Positions 29,573 to 38,466 of a stretch of 64,000 nucleotides of DNA are shown piece after piece. The position numbers and the translations under genes were made by a program. The stretch lies in IMG/VR virus record IMGVR_UViG_3300035696_000016, positions 32,001 to 96,000 of that record. One strand, given 5' to 3'. The notes beneath the pieces were generated by a model, which searched no databases, was not told the origin of the DNA, and was given only the letters and a program-made list of their open reading frames with translations. The DNA comes from a virus. Within the stretch, counting starts at the first letter, position 1; each line of letters opens with the position of its first letter.

Positions 29573-30712
29573 ATGAACCATCGTCAGCGCATCCGCATAT
29601 TAAAACTTGCCCAAGCAAATCCGTCAGCAGGTGCGCCAGCCAGTGCCCCCGGAACCGTTCCAGTGGCATCAACAACGACAACAACGGATAACAATACAGA
29701 TGCTTCAACAACCACGTCAGCACCAACTCTCAATTCTTCGCAAGCATCCGTCAATATCCGTGCCCTCCCATCGTTTCGACCTCAATTATTCCAACTTCGA
29801 CCAGATCTAATTGATGACTTCGGGAAACTCGCAAACACAATCAATAGATATCTTTTATTGTTGTCAGGAAACGTTATTAGTTTTTCAACGGTATATACAA
29901 ATCCTGCAATCACAGGCGATCAATATACACAAAGCGTAAAAAACCTATTAACGCTTGCAAAATGGATATATAACCTAATAACATCGCACGGGCCAGAATA
30001 CACAGTAGGCGTTCTTCAACAGATGACACAAACCTTACTATCTATGGTCAAATCATATGCGTTTTCCGAAAATAATGCCACAAACGCTCAAACAGAATTA
30101 GTTTCACAGGTGCAAACAATTATTACAAAACTTGGAACCGCAAATAAAACAAGCCAAGAAAGACAGCGTATTCTTCGCAGATTGGCACAAGCAAATCCAT
30201 CCGCAGGAGCACCAGCATCGGCACCGGGAACATCGGCAACATCAGCACCAACCACAACGACGACTTCCACTACAACGCCAACAACGACAACAACACCGGC
30301 AGCAGTAAAAATAGATATTCAGGCAATTCCGGGTTTTCGTCCCGATTTATTTTCTCAAAGACCAGATTTAATTCTCGATATGAGCAGAATTATTAATGCG
30401 GTGAATGGTTATTTACAAATGCTAACTCAAAATCAGGTCAATTTTCAGATGACTTGGCTTAATCCGAGTGTATCAGGGAGTGAGTATGTCAATAGTGTAA
30501 AAAACCTATATAATCTTGCAAAATGGTTATTCGGGGTTTTGACAACAAAAACAACAAAGTTTTATTCATTGGATGGATTAAAACAAATTGCCACAACTAT
30601 GATCAGTATGGTGCGTCAGTATTCTTTCCCAGAGCCATCAATGTCAAACACAGCAAGTCAATTAATAGCAATGAGTGAGAGTATGTTAGCAAAACTTGGC
30701 ACAACAAAATAA
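29573..30712 (+). CDS. two-domain internally duplicated protein with Thr-rich linkers (ORF track starts at 29537)
   Basis: Two ~190-aa repeats, each LAQANPSAGAPASAPGT...FRP.LF..RPDLI...SVKNL..LAKW...KLGT. Confidence 0.75.
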   Translation: MNHRQRIRILKLAQANPSAGAPASAPGTVPVASTTTTTDNNTDASTTTSAPTLNSSQASVNIRALPSFRPQLFQLRPDLIDDFGKLANTINRYLLLLSGNVISFSTVYTNPAITGDQYTQSVKNLLTLAKWIYNLITSHGPEYTVGVLQQMTQTLLSMVKSYAFSENNATNAQTELVSQVQTIITKLGTANKTSQERQRILRRLAQANPSAGAPASAPGTSATSAPTTTTTSTTTPTTTTTPAAVKIDIQAIPGFRPDLFSQRPDLILDMSRIINAVNGYLQMLTQNQVNFQMTWLNPSVSGSEYVNSVKNLYNLAKWLFGVLTTKTTKFYSLDGLKQIATTMISMVRQYSFPEPSMSNTASQLIAMSESMLAKLGTTK

Positions 30713-30732
30713 ATCATTGATATATTGTTAAT

Positions 30733-31485
30733 ATGCTTACAACATTGCGTGAAAGGATCAAATCCTATGAGGATCAGTCCGATATAAAATTATTGAAAAA
30801 ACTTCCAGTCATAACGATTGTGAATGGAAGGCAATTTAAGAAACTTACGTCGTTATTAAATAAACCATTCGATATTAATTTTTTTGAGATATTTACTGCA
30901 ACGGCAATAAAACTAATGCAAGAAATTGATGGAAGTGTATTTTCATATTCTTTTAATGATGAAATTGTAATTATTAGTCGAAACGATCAAACAAACGATA
31001 CACAGCCATATTATGACAATCGAGTGCAAAAAATAGTTTCAGCAACAGCATCGATTGCAAGCATTGAATTTAGTAAAATGGCGGGAGCAAAGAATGTAGA
31101 CTTATTCGGAGATCCGATATTTACGAGCAAGTGTTTTGTCGTCCCTCATATTGGAGAGGCAATAAATACATTGATAGCAAAACAGCAACAATGTTTTCAT
31201 ATAGGGTTATATCAATGTTGTTTTTACAACTTGGTAAAACAACACGATATTGAAATAGTAAAAGAGACATTGGCTAAAAAAACCGTTGATGATAAGTTAG
31301 AGATTTTAATGGAAGATTTTGGAATAGATTTTAACGCCCTGCCCTTGACAATCCGCCGAGGCGTGGGAGTATATAGGGCAGTGGCGGAGGGGCTTGACAA
31401 ACCGCGGAAAAAGATTTATATTAACACGGAACTTCCCGTTTTTGCCAAGGCTCCGGAGTTTTTGAAAGATATTTTGAATGGATAA
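30733..31485 (+). CDS. tRNA-His guanylyltransferase Thg1/TLP-like protein (first catalytic Asp appears replaced by Asn)
   Basis: RIKSYE, NGRQF..LT...KPFD, YSFNDEI, RVQKIVS..AS, RRG. Confidence 0.8.
   Translation: MLTTLRERIKSYEDQSDIKLLKKLPVITIVNGRQFKKLTSLLNKPFDINFFEIFTATAIKLMQEIDGSVFSYSFNDEIVIISRNDQTNDTQPYYDNRVQKIVSATASIASIEFSKMAGAKNVDLFGDPIFTSKCFVVPHIGEAINTLIAKQQQCFHIGLYQCCFYNLVKQHDIEIVKETLAKKTVDDKLEILMEDFGIDFNALPLTIRRGVGVYRAVAEGLDKPRKKIYINTELPVFAKAPEFLKDILNG
31394..31422 (+). promoter_or_regulatory. sigma70-like promoter inside the 3' end of Thg1, upstream of the paralog family A cluster
   Basis: TTGACA 31394-31399, 17 nt, TATATT 31417-31422; second TTGACA at 31345. Confidence 0.55.
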
Positions 31486-31753
31486 ATTATATTACTTAAC
31501 TCCGTGGCAGAAAAAACAAGATGATTTTTATTTTGCACGATATTCCATTGGTGATAATTTTAGACGAGCAATAGTATATCTAATCGAACCATACAAGAAA
31601 ACTAATGATAGTGAATGGGCTGGTTCGGAAACTGGTAATAAATTGTGCAAAACCAAAAAAGAAATTATGAAACGCACAGATAAAGAGTTGGTGGATCGCG
31701 GGTATATCTTACTAACGCAAGAACAATATGATAAACTCATAATTTTAGTATGA
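31478..31753 (+). CDS. paralog family A (YxxPW...GYxLLTQEQ), tag DKLIILV
   Basis: Shared N- and C-terminal motifs. Confidence 0.7.
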   Translation: MDKLYYLTPWQKKQDDFYFARYSIGDNFRRAIVYLIEPYKKTNDSEWAGSETGNKLCKTKKEIMKRTDKELVDRGYILLTQEQYDKLIILV

Positions 31754-32019
31754 ATAAAGTATATTTTTCACCTTGGATTGATGTTGGAACATACCATTGG
31801 GAAAGAAAATCTTTTAGTAAAATATATTTTGTCTATTTATATGATATTCATAGATTGGATAATTATTCATGTTCAGCCTGCATCGATGGTATGTCTATAT
31901 ATCATATAGATGTAAAAGGGAAAATAAATGCTTTCAATCATATGAATAAATGGCTTGCAGATAATAAATGTGTTTTGTTGTCCCAAGAACAATGGGATAA
32001 GTATCAATTACTAAAATGA
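31750..32019 (+). CDS. paralog family A, tag DKYQLLK
   Basis: YFSPW...VLLSQEQW. Confidence 0.7.
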   Translation: MNKVYFSPWIDVGTYHWERKSFSKIYFVYLYDIHRLDNYSCSACIDGMSIYHIDVKGKINAFNHMNKWLADNKCVLLSQEQWDKYQLLK

Positions 32020-32294
32020 ATAAAGATAAAATCCTAAAACCATACGAACAAACCGGCGATGGTAATTATGTCCGTTATTCATTAACGCATATATATTATG
32101 GCGTTGTGTATAAACATAGCAGCATTAATGTATGGTATAGTTCAGAAAATTGGAGTGGTGATGATCAACTCGGTATATCAATACCGTATGGCTCAAAAGA
32201 AGAAGCAATGGCTGCAACGGATGAGGCATTAATAAAAGAAGGATTTACAATATTAACACAGGAACAATACGAAAAATTGTTGTTATTACTATGA
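32016..32294 (+). CDS. paralog family A, tag EKLLLLL
   Basis: ILKPY...SKEEAM..D..LI..GFTILTQEQ. Confidence 0.7.
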   Translation: MNKDKILKPYEQTGDGNYVRYSLTHIYYGVVYKHSSINVWYSSENWSGDDQLGISIPYGSKEEAMAATDEALIKEGFTILTQEQYEKLLLLL

Positions 32295-32536
32295 AAAGAA
32301 AATATGTATCACCTTATATTGATAATAAAAGATATATAATCAATGATCCACAAGGACAATTTTTCTCGGTTCAACCGTGCATCGGCAACGAAGCATTGGA
32401 TGGAATGTGGTATTATTCTATGGGTTATTTTCCATCAAAAGAATTGACGATGGAAGCCCTTGATAAACAACTAATTAAGCAAGGATATACATTATTAACA
32501 CAGGAACAACTTGACAAACTCACCATATTATTCTAA
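32291..32536 (+). CDS. paralog family A, tag DKLTILF
   Basis: YVSPY...DKQLIKQGYTLLTQEQ. Confidence 0.7.
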   Translation: MKRKYVSPYIDNKRYIINDPQGQFFSVQPCIGNEALDGMWYYSMGYFPSKELTMEALDKQLIKQGYTLLTQEQLDKLTILF

Positions 32537-32813
32537 TGATTATATAAAAGTTCATTTAATAGAAAAAGATTACGGAACAACAATTAGTTTTTGGTATGAC
32601 CCACCACCATCATTGTGGATTTTTCATACACGAATAGCAGAAGAATTAGAACAAGAATTATATAATGTGTTGCAAGAGTTCGTTAATAAACTAAACACCA
32701 AAACCACACAAGCATTTATGGCTGGAAAATTAGAACAAATCTTTCGATTTTGGATGCAACGAGGCTGGCTAACAATTAATCCTATTTATGATCTTATAAA
32801 AGAAAATGAGTAA
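32511..32813 (+). CDS. hypothetical protein (start uncertain)
   Basis: ORF track. Confidence 0.45.
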   Translation: MTNSPYYSNDYIKVHLIEKDYGTTISFWYDPPPSLWIFHTRIAEELEQELYNVLQEFVNKLNTKTTQAFMAGKLEQIFRFWMQRGWLTINPIYDLIKENE

Positions 32814-32838
32814 GAAAAAGAAAATGAGTAAGAAAAAG
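32803..32838 (+). repeat. 18-bp tandem duplication AAAATGAGTAAGAAAAAG x2 (duplicates MSKKKK start)
   Basis: Exact copies at 32803-32820 and 32821-32838. Confidence 0.9.
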
Positions 32839-32979
32839 AAAACGAATAAAAAGCCCTGCAAGCATTGTGATGGAAGTGGCTGGCAAACAGGAGAAAACGA
32901 AGGATTTATATGTGATTTTTGCGATAACGCGTGTTGTTGTGAAACCAATCGTGCAAAATGTTGTGTTCATCAAGGCTGA
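32806..32979 (+). CDS. small Cys-rich Zn-finger protein, 57 aa, absent from ORF track
   Basis: MSKKKKMSKKKKTNKKPCKHCDGSG...CDFC..CCC...CC; DnaJ-like CxxCxGxG. Confidence 0.55.
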   Translation: MSKKKKMSKKKKTNKKPCKHCDGSGWQTGENEGFICDFCDNACCCETNRAKCCVHQG

Positions 32980-33008
32980 AAAGACAATCTTTAACAGGAG
33001 AAACTACA

Positions 33009-33488
33009 ATGGCAATTTTTAAACACCTCAACTCAAAAATTGAAAAATCATCATACGACATCACAATCCAAAACATTGATGCGAGCAATGATCATTGGGG
33101 GAATGAAAAAGACATCACTCAATTTTTAGGAGAAATTGAGGGGTTGTCGTATGACAAAGACAACTTTGATAAAAACCTTGTCAAACATAGTCTTGCTATT
33201 ATAAACTATAATCCTCGCACCGAAGACATGATTTTTTACAAACAAGGACGAAACATTGTATTGCTAACGATTGCAGATCGTCGCAGTTTCAGTGATGTGG
33301 AGTGGCTATCTCGTCGATTAGAGATCAACCTAAAACGACAAGGGTTTTCATTCATTGTTATTGAAGTATTAAAGAAGGAATATGAGGAAGTGGCAAAAGG
33401 CACTAAAACATTGCCAGAGACTTGGGTATTGGACGAGGATTTAAATAAACGATTGTCGAGAATGAAAAACTTCGTGAATGCAATATAG
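33009..33488 (+). CDS. hypothetical protein (ORF track starts at 32958)
   Basis: SD AGGAG upstream of ATG 33009. Confidence 0.65.
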   Translation: MAIFKHLNSKIEKSSYDITIQNIDASNDHWGNEKDITQFLGEIEGLSYDKDNFDKNLVKHSLAIINYNPRTEDMIFYKQGRNIVLLTIADRRSFSDVEWLSRRLEINLKRQGFSFIVIEVLKKEYEEVAKGTKTLPETWVLDEDLNKRLSRMKNFVNAI

Positions 33489-33501
33489 TAGTATTATATA
33501 G

Positions 33502-33987
33502 ATGGACAACTATGTAATAAAAAACTCACTTGGTAAAGGCAATGGGGTTTTTAGCACAGTAAATCTTCCCGCGAATCATACAATTTTTGAGTTCGTGGGT
33601 AAGGTTCTTTTAAGACAAGATATTCCAGATTTTAGCGGAACGATTGCAAGCAATTATTTACAAATTGGCCCAACACAATATCTTGATCTTGCTGGCACAG
33701 CACCATTCTACATTAATCATGCCTGCCTACCAAATTGTATGATAAAAATCATTGTCAATCGAGCCTTCCTCGTTTCAATTCAACCTATAAAAATAGGTGA
33801 TGAATTGACATTCGATTACAGCACAACATCGACAGAAACTCCTGCAACATGGAGCATGGCTTGCAAATGCAATGCTGGACAGTTTCAATGTAGAAAAACG
33901 ATAACAGGATTTTCTTCCGTTCCAGTAAAACAACAGCAAAAATATATTGCAAATGGAATGGTTCCTAATTATGTAATTGTAAAGTAA
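33502..33987 (+). CDS. SET-domain lysine methyltransferase with post-SET Cys motif
   Basis: GKGNGVF, YINHACLPN, GDELTFDY, CKC....CR. Confidence 0.9.
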   Translation: MDNYVIKNSLGKGNGVFSTVNLPANHTIFEFVGKVLLRQDIPDFSGTIASNYLQIGPTQYLDLAGTAPFYINHACLPNCMIKIIVNRAFLVSIQPIKIGDELTFDYSTTSTETPATWSMACKCNAGQFQCRKTITGFSSVPVKQQQKYIANGMVPNYVIVK

Positions 33988-33991
33988 TAAT

Positions 33992-34795
33992 ATGTCGAAT
34001 ACAGATACTACAACTAATCTTAATGGTCAATGTTCAATATGTGAAGGATGGAATTGCAACACTGGATATTATGTTAGTAATGGCGGAAATATAAAATGTA
34101 ATTACTTAAGAGAATTAAGTAATGAAAATATTTTTCTAAGATCGGAGATTGTTGTGCTAAAACAATCTATTGCTGATTTAGAAATTAAAACCTTGACTAA
34201 AAAAGATATAATGAAAATATTCGGCGATATAGATCATAATCTAAATGTGTCGCCTCATCACGAAAAAAATATGGCATATTTACGAAATCTATTACAACAT
34301 AAAAATCTTTCCATTGAAAGCAGATATGTTATTTTTCAACAAGCAATAACTGGAAAATATTCTTTTTTAATCGAAGGGTATTTTACCTACATAGTCAATG
34401 AAAATGTATTAGATTTTGTAGATTTTCTGAAATATAATATGGATGACGAAGAAGAAAATATATTAATTGAATTTATTAAAACAAAATCTCATTATATATT
34501 TTACGCGCTTACATTATTTTTTCGATTAGAACGACCAAAACTATCCGAGTTTCTCGAAGACATTATGTATGAAACTATTATTGAAAGACATGTGAATCCT
34601 ATATATTCACAAAATCCTCGTTTTACAAGTGGAAATTGGTCAGTGTATAGAGTATTAGATGCGTATGGGAGCCCAAATCTCGGTAAGGCGCTATCGGTGA
34701 TAAAGAAAATATCAGCACCATATGTATTGAATAATGAAATTAAAGCCTTCGTGCAAAAATATCCCGAAGCAGAAAAATATGCGATGTTAATATGA
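33992..34795 (+). CDS. hypothetical protein, C-terminal tag (EKYAMLI)
   Basis: N-terminal Cys cluster and coiled coil; tag. Confidence 0.65.
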   Translation: MSNTDTTTNLNGQCSICEGWNCNTGYYVSNGGNIKCNYLRELSNENIFLRSEIVVLKQSIADLEIKTLTKKDIMKIFGDIDHNLNVSPHHEKNMAYLRNLLQHKNLSIESRYVIFQQAITGKYSFLIEGYFTYIVNENVLDFVDFLKYNMDDEEENILIEFIKTKSHYIFYALTLFFRLERPKLSEFLEDIMYETIIERHVNPIYSQNPRFTSGNWSVYRVLDAYGSPNLGKALSVIKKISAPYVLNNEIKAFVQKYPEAEKYAMLI

Positions 34796-35036
34796 TGATT
34801 AATTGGTTAAATCGATTATTAGGAAAACCTTTTTATATTAAAGATATAAATAATTGGTATAAACCTATTAAAATATGGTATAATAAATATGGTGAATTAC
34901 ATAATCCGGACGGACCGGCCGTCGAATATAAAAATGGCACCGCTACTGAATACTGGATCAATGGAAAACGTATCTTTCAACTTGACGGCAAACGCATTTA
35001 TGGCAAAAACAAAATAGAAAAATATGCGATGTTAAT
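34771..35036 (+). repeat. 21-bp direct repeat AGAAAAATATGCGATGTTAAT at 34771-34791 and 35016-35036, bracketing gene 34792
   Basis: Exact match read from the sequence; both copies encode the EKYAMLI tag. Confidence 0.9.
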
Positions 35037-35040
35037 CTAA
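34792..35040 (+). CDS. protein with one LHxxDGPA-type repeat, C-terminal tag (EKYAMLI)
   Basis: GELHNPDGPAVEYKNG..EYWING. Confidence 0.65.
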   Translation: MMINWLNRLLGKPFYIKDINNWYKPIKIWYNKYGELHNPDGPAVEYKNGTATEYWINGKRIFQLDGKRIYGKNKIEKYAMLI

Positions 35041-35327
35041 TGCCAAGAGTATATCATTGTAAAAAAGTTCCATATGATGTTAATGCAGTATATGTGGCTC
35101 GCCCCACAAAATACGGTAATCCATATAGCCATATGGATGGAACGCTTGCTAAATACAAAGTAGAAACGCGGGAAGAGGCTATTGCAAAATATGAAGAATG
35201 GATTCGGAGTCAGCCAGAATTAATGGCTGCTGCAAAGAAAGAATTGAAAAATCGTGATCTTTCTTGCTGGTGTTTTCCACTTGCTTGTCATGCAGACATA
35301 CTATTAAAAATTGCCAATGAAGAATAA
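35040..35327 (+). CDS. DUF4326-domain protein
   Basis: VYVARPTKYGNPY, REEAIAKY, LSCWCFPLACHADIL. Confidence 0.88.
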   Translation: MPRVYHCKKVPYDVNAVYVARPTKYGNPYSHMDGTLAKYKVETREEAIAKYEEWIRSQPELMAAAKKELKNRDLSCWCFPLACHADILLKIANEE

Positions 35328-35345
35328 GGTGATATAGTATCATGT

Positions 35346-35885
35346 ATGCACTTAAACCATATCATCAACGAACTTGACAAACAAATCACGGCATCAAAAA
35401 CGGAATTAGTCTTACTTGAAGAAAGAAAAATCGCGCTAATAAAGTTAGCAGCGAGATACCCAGATGCTCATTTAGAGAAAAACAATACAGTATGCATCGA
35501 TAATCTATGGGACAAGATGTCGTGTATGCGTGTTGCTTGGGGATACGGCTATGGAACATACGGGTCGATGACGAAAGTCAATGTTCGTTTTTCCGTAGGG
35601 AAAAAAGATATGGAAGATGATATCAGGATACATTCATATCCGTATAATAATACAATCGCAAATATTGCATATCTTCCAAATCAAAATGGGTTGTATCCAC
35701 GAAGAACAAAAGAAATTACAATACTTGATTACTCAAATATCATTCCAAACGTTTGTCCAAAACGAAAAATCTTCCTAAAACGAATTAGAAATTATTTATT
35801 AAATATAATAATAAAAGAACAAATGAAAATAAATACCAAATCATATAATACAGATGAGTTCGAGAGGTTAATTTTATTGAAATGA
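35346..35885 (+). CDS. hypothetical protein, C-terminal tag (ERLILLK)
   Basis: N-terminal coiled coil; TGATATA motif 9 nt upstream. Confidence 0.65.
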   Translation: MHLNHIINELDKQITASKTELVLLEERKIALIKLAARYPDAHLEKNNTVCIDNLWDKMSCMRVAWGYGYGTYGSMTKVNVRFSVGKKDMEDDIRIHSYPYNNTIANIAYLPNQNGLYPRRTKEITILDYSNIIPNVCPKRKIFLKRIRNYLLNIIIKEQMKINTKSYNTDEFERLILLK

Positions 35886-36154
35886 AATATCTTTCACCTT
35901 GGAAAAAGATCAGTGAAACGGAAGAGGTTATATTCTCACTTGGTTCAAAAGAGCCATTTATTTATATAATCCATGATCCAGATCCAAACGATGTCAGAGG
36001 CTATGCGACGGCTGGAATGATTAGATTTTCTAATGGTCGATTTAGTTATGATACGCGTGCGGAGGCAAGACAGTTCGTGGAAACTACATTAATTGATAAT
36101 GGATATTGTTTTTTAGATGATGAAAGATATGAAAAATTGGAATTACTGATATGA
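35882..36154 (+). CDS. paralog family A, tag EKLELLI
   Basis: YLSPW...TRAEA..FV...LIDNGY. Confidence 0.7.
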   Translation: MKYLSPWKKISETEEVIFSLGSKEPFIYIIHDPDPNDVRGYATAGMIRFSNGRFSYDTRAEARQFVETTLIDNGYCFLDDERYEKLELLI

Positions 36155-36393
36155 TCTATCTAACGCCTTGGAATAAAGATAATAGACGGCATTATGTAAA
36201 AACTGGACATGTGTGTGTTATGATCGCCTCATACGAACATCACTATGTTATATGGTTAAATAATCTTTCGTCTGAAATAGAAAGATTTAATTGTATTAAG
36301 CGAGCAAAACAATATGCTGATAATTATTTAATTGATAATAGATATGTGTTACTGACACAAGGACAAGTAGATAAAATGAGTATTTTGATATGA
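36151..36393 (+). CDS. paralog family A, tag DKMSILI
   Basis: YLTPW...LIDNRYVLLTQGQ. Confidence 0.7.
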   Translation: MIYLTPWNKDNRRHYVKTGHVCVMIASYEHHYVIWLNNLSSEIERFNCIKRAKQYADNYLIDNRYVLLTQGQVDKMSILI

Positions 36394-37265
36394 AAATATA
36401 TACATTAGGAAATGGTTTCATTGCAAGCCATTTACCATATAGTCCTATATTAGATCGGGTCTCACCAAATGAAAAACAAATAAAAGAATTGCTTGCTTGG
36501 TATAAACCAGATATAATAATTAATTGTATAGGGTATTGTGGTATTCCAAATATAGATCAGTGCGAAATAGAAAAAGAAAAAACGCACACTGCCAATGTCG
36601 TTATTCCAACAATGTTCGCGCGTGAATGTGAAAAGTTGGGTATTCGTTTCATTCACCTTGGAAGTGGATGTATAATGTATGGACAATCGCCTCACGGTAG
36701 AGATGAAATGCATTGTCTATTATGGGATGATGCCATACCATACAAGGTTCGCATTGATACAGGGTGGAAAGAAACCGATTTAGCTGCACCGCTTTCATAT
36801 TATAGTGAAACAAAATATATTGCTGAAAATAATCTAAAAGATATGAAGAATACGACAATTCTTCGTCTTCGTATGCCAATATCATCAAAGAAACATCCAA
36901 GAAACTTGTTAAATAAATTAATAAAATACAAACAAGTTTTAGATGAGCCTAACTCAATGACATTCGTTTCGGATTTAGTGAATGCGATAGATTTTGTGAT
37001 AAACAAGGAATTATATGGTATATATAATGTAGCAAGTCCATTACCACTTAAACATTCGTATTTATTGGAAGAATATCGAAAACATGTGCCAAGCCATTGG
37101 TATCAAAGAATAAGCAAAGAAACATTAGATAAAATGGTTATTGCACCAAGATCAAATTGCATATTAGATATGAGCAAAATAATAAATGAAGGATTTAAGT
37201 TCGGTGATACGGATACGCTTGTGCGTGAATGTATTAAAAATTATATTAAGGAAATTAATGGCTAA
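36390..37265 (+). CDS. NDP-sugar 4-reductase (RmlD / NRS-ER-like)
   Basis: GNGFIA, NCIG..G.PNID.CE, SGCI, YSETK, LRLRMP, RSNC.LD. Confidence 0.85.
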   Translation: MKIYTLGNGFIASHLPYSPILDRVSPNEKQIKELLAWYKPDIIINCIGYCGIPNIDQCEIEKEKTHTANVVIPTMFARECEKLGIRFIHLGSGCIMYGQSPHGRDEMHCLLWDDAIPYKVRIDTGWKETDLAAPLSYYSETKYIAENNLKDMKNTTILRLRMPISSKKHPRNLLNKLIKYKQVLDEPNSMTFVSDLVNAIDFVINKELYGIYNVASPLPLKHSYLLEEYRKHVPSHWYQRISKETLDKMVIAPRSNCILDMSKIINEGFKFGDTDTLVRECIKNYIKEING

Positions 37266-37488
37266 TAATAAGTTAAGTATTGAATTGGAACCAAGAATAG
37301 ATGAGCAAGGAAGAAAGTATTACATAGGAAAATTGCAAGCACCTATTACCATAGAATGCAAGGACGAAGCAGTATTTTTGGTTTTCGTAAGTGAAAATGG
37401 TGCGGAGGAATTACAAGTTTGTAATTCCAAACCACCAAAGAACAAGATAAGGCTTGAAAAATATGACAGACAAAATCAAAAGTTTTGA
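37258..37488 (+). CDS. hypothetical protein (ORF track starts at 37186)
   Basis: AAGGA SD before MANNK. Confidence 0.6.
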   Translation: MANNKLSIELEPRIDEQGRKYYIGKLQAPITIECKDEAVFLVFVSENGAEELQVCNSKPPKNKIRLEKYDRQNQKF

Positions 37489-37756
37489 TGATTTATGGAA
37501 CGAAGCAGAACGGCGTTCGCTCCAAGTAAATAAGAATGATGACTCGGCATATATAGTATATGAGATCCAAAATCTATGTTCAGATATTAAAGACAGCGTA
37601 GATCCAGAGGCATTAGAAATCCTTAATAAATCAGGAATAAAAAAACCAATATTAACAGATCAAATCGGTGAGTTATTGTTTATGCTAACAACAATAACTG
37701 CCCGTGAAAATATAAATATATACGAAGCATTAAAGAAATATATCGATAATCTATGA
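37454..37756 (+). CDS. MazG-like helical protein (degenerate)
   Basis: QIGELLFML...A.ENINIYEAL resembles MazG ExGD helix. Confidence 0.45.
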   Translation: MKNMTDKIKSFDDLWNEAERRSLQVNKNDDSAYIVYEIQNLCSDIKDSVDPEALEILNKSGIKKPILTDQIGELLFMLTTITARENINIYEALKKYIDNL

Positions 37757-38454
37757 AATCTATTCCAATAAAAGATCGTTTAATTGTTGCATTAGATGTT
37801 GATGGAGCAAAAGAAGCCAAAATACTTGTATCAAAATTAGGTGATGCAATATCATTCTATAAGATAGGTCTCCAATTATTTATGTCATCGAATTATTTCG
37901 ATGTAATTGAACAATTACAATATATGGGTAAAAAAGTATTCGCCGATCTTAAATTTTTCGATGTTCCTCAAACGGTTGGATTGGCGGTAAAAGCACTTGC
38001 AAAACATAATGTAGATTTTGCTACAATACATGGGAATGATGAAATCTTGCGTTATGCAATAAAAGAAAAAGGTAATATAAAGATTTTGTCAGTGTCAGCA
38101 TTGACAAGTCTTGATCAATCAGACATTGATTCACTTGGTTTTAAATGTAATATAGAGGATTTAGTTCTATCGCGCTCAAAAAGAGCGCTGGAAATTGGTT
38201 GTGATGGCGTTATATCTTCTGGATTAGAAATAAACAGATTACGAGAAAACTTCGGAAATAAGTTTTTAGTTGTTGTTCCGGGCATTAGACCAGTGGAAAA
38301 TAAACTTGTGGATGATCAAAAACGAACAGTAGATGTAGAAGAAGCATTTTTAAATGGAGCAGATTATATTGTTGTTGGTCGTCCCATAAAGAATGCTAAT
38401 GATCCATATGCTGCTGCGATGAAATATCAGGAAAGAATTGCTAAAATAATATAA
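37753..38454 (+). CDS. pyrF: orotidine-5'-phosphate decarboxylase
   Basis: LIVALD, KIG, DLKFFDVPQT, LTS, VPGIR, DDQKR, VVGRPI. Confidence 0.95.
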   Translation: MKSIPIKDRLIVALDVDGAKEAKILVSKLGDAISFYKIGLQLFMSSNYFDVIEQLQYMGKKVFADLKFFDVPQTVGLAVKALAKHNVDFATIHGNDEILRYAIKEKGNIKILSVSALTSLDQSDIDSLGFKCNIEDLVLSRSKRALEIGCDGVISSGLEINRLRENFGNKFLVVVPGIRPVENKLVDDQKRTVDVEEAFLNGADYIVVGRPIKNANDPYAAAMKYQERIAKII

Positions 38455-38466
38455 TGACATAGATGT

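Noticed and set aside
31478-36393. Diversity-generating retroelement as the source of family A variability
   Set aside because: No reverse transcriptase and no near-identical TR/VR pair differing only at adenines in this window
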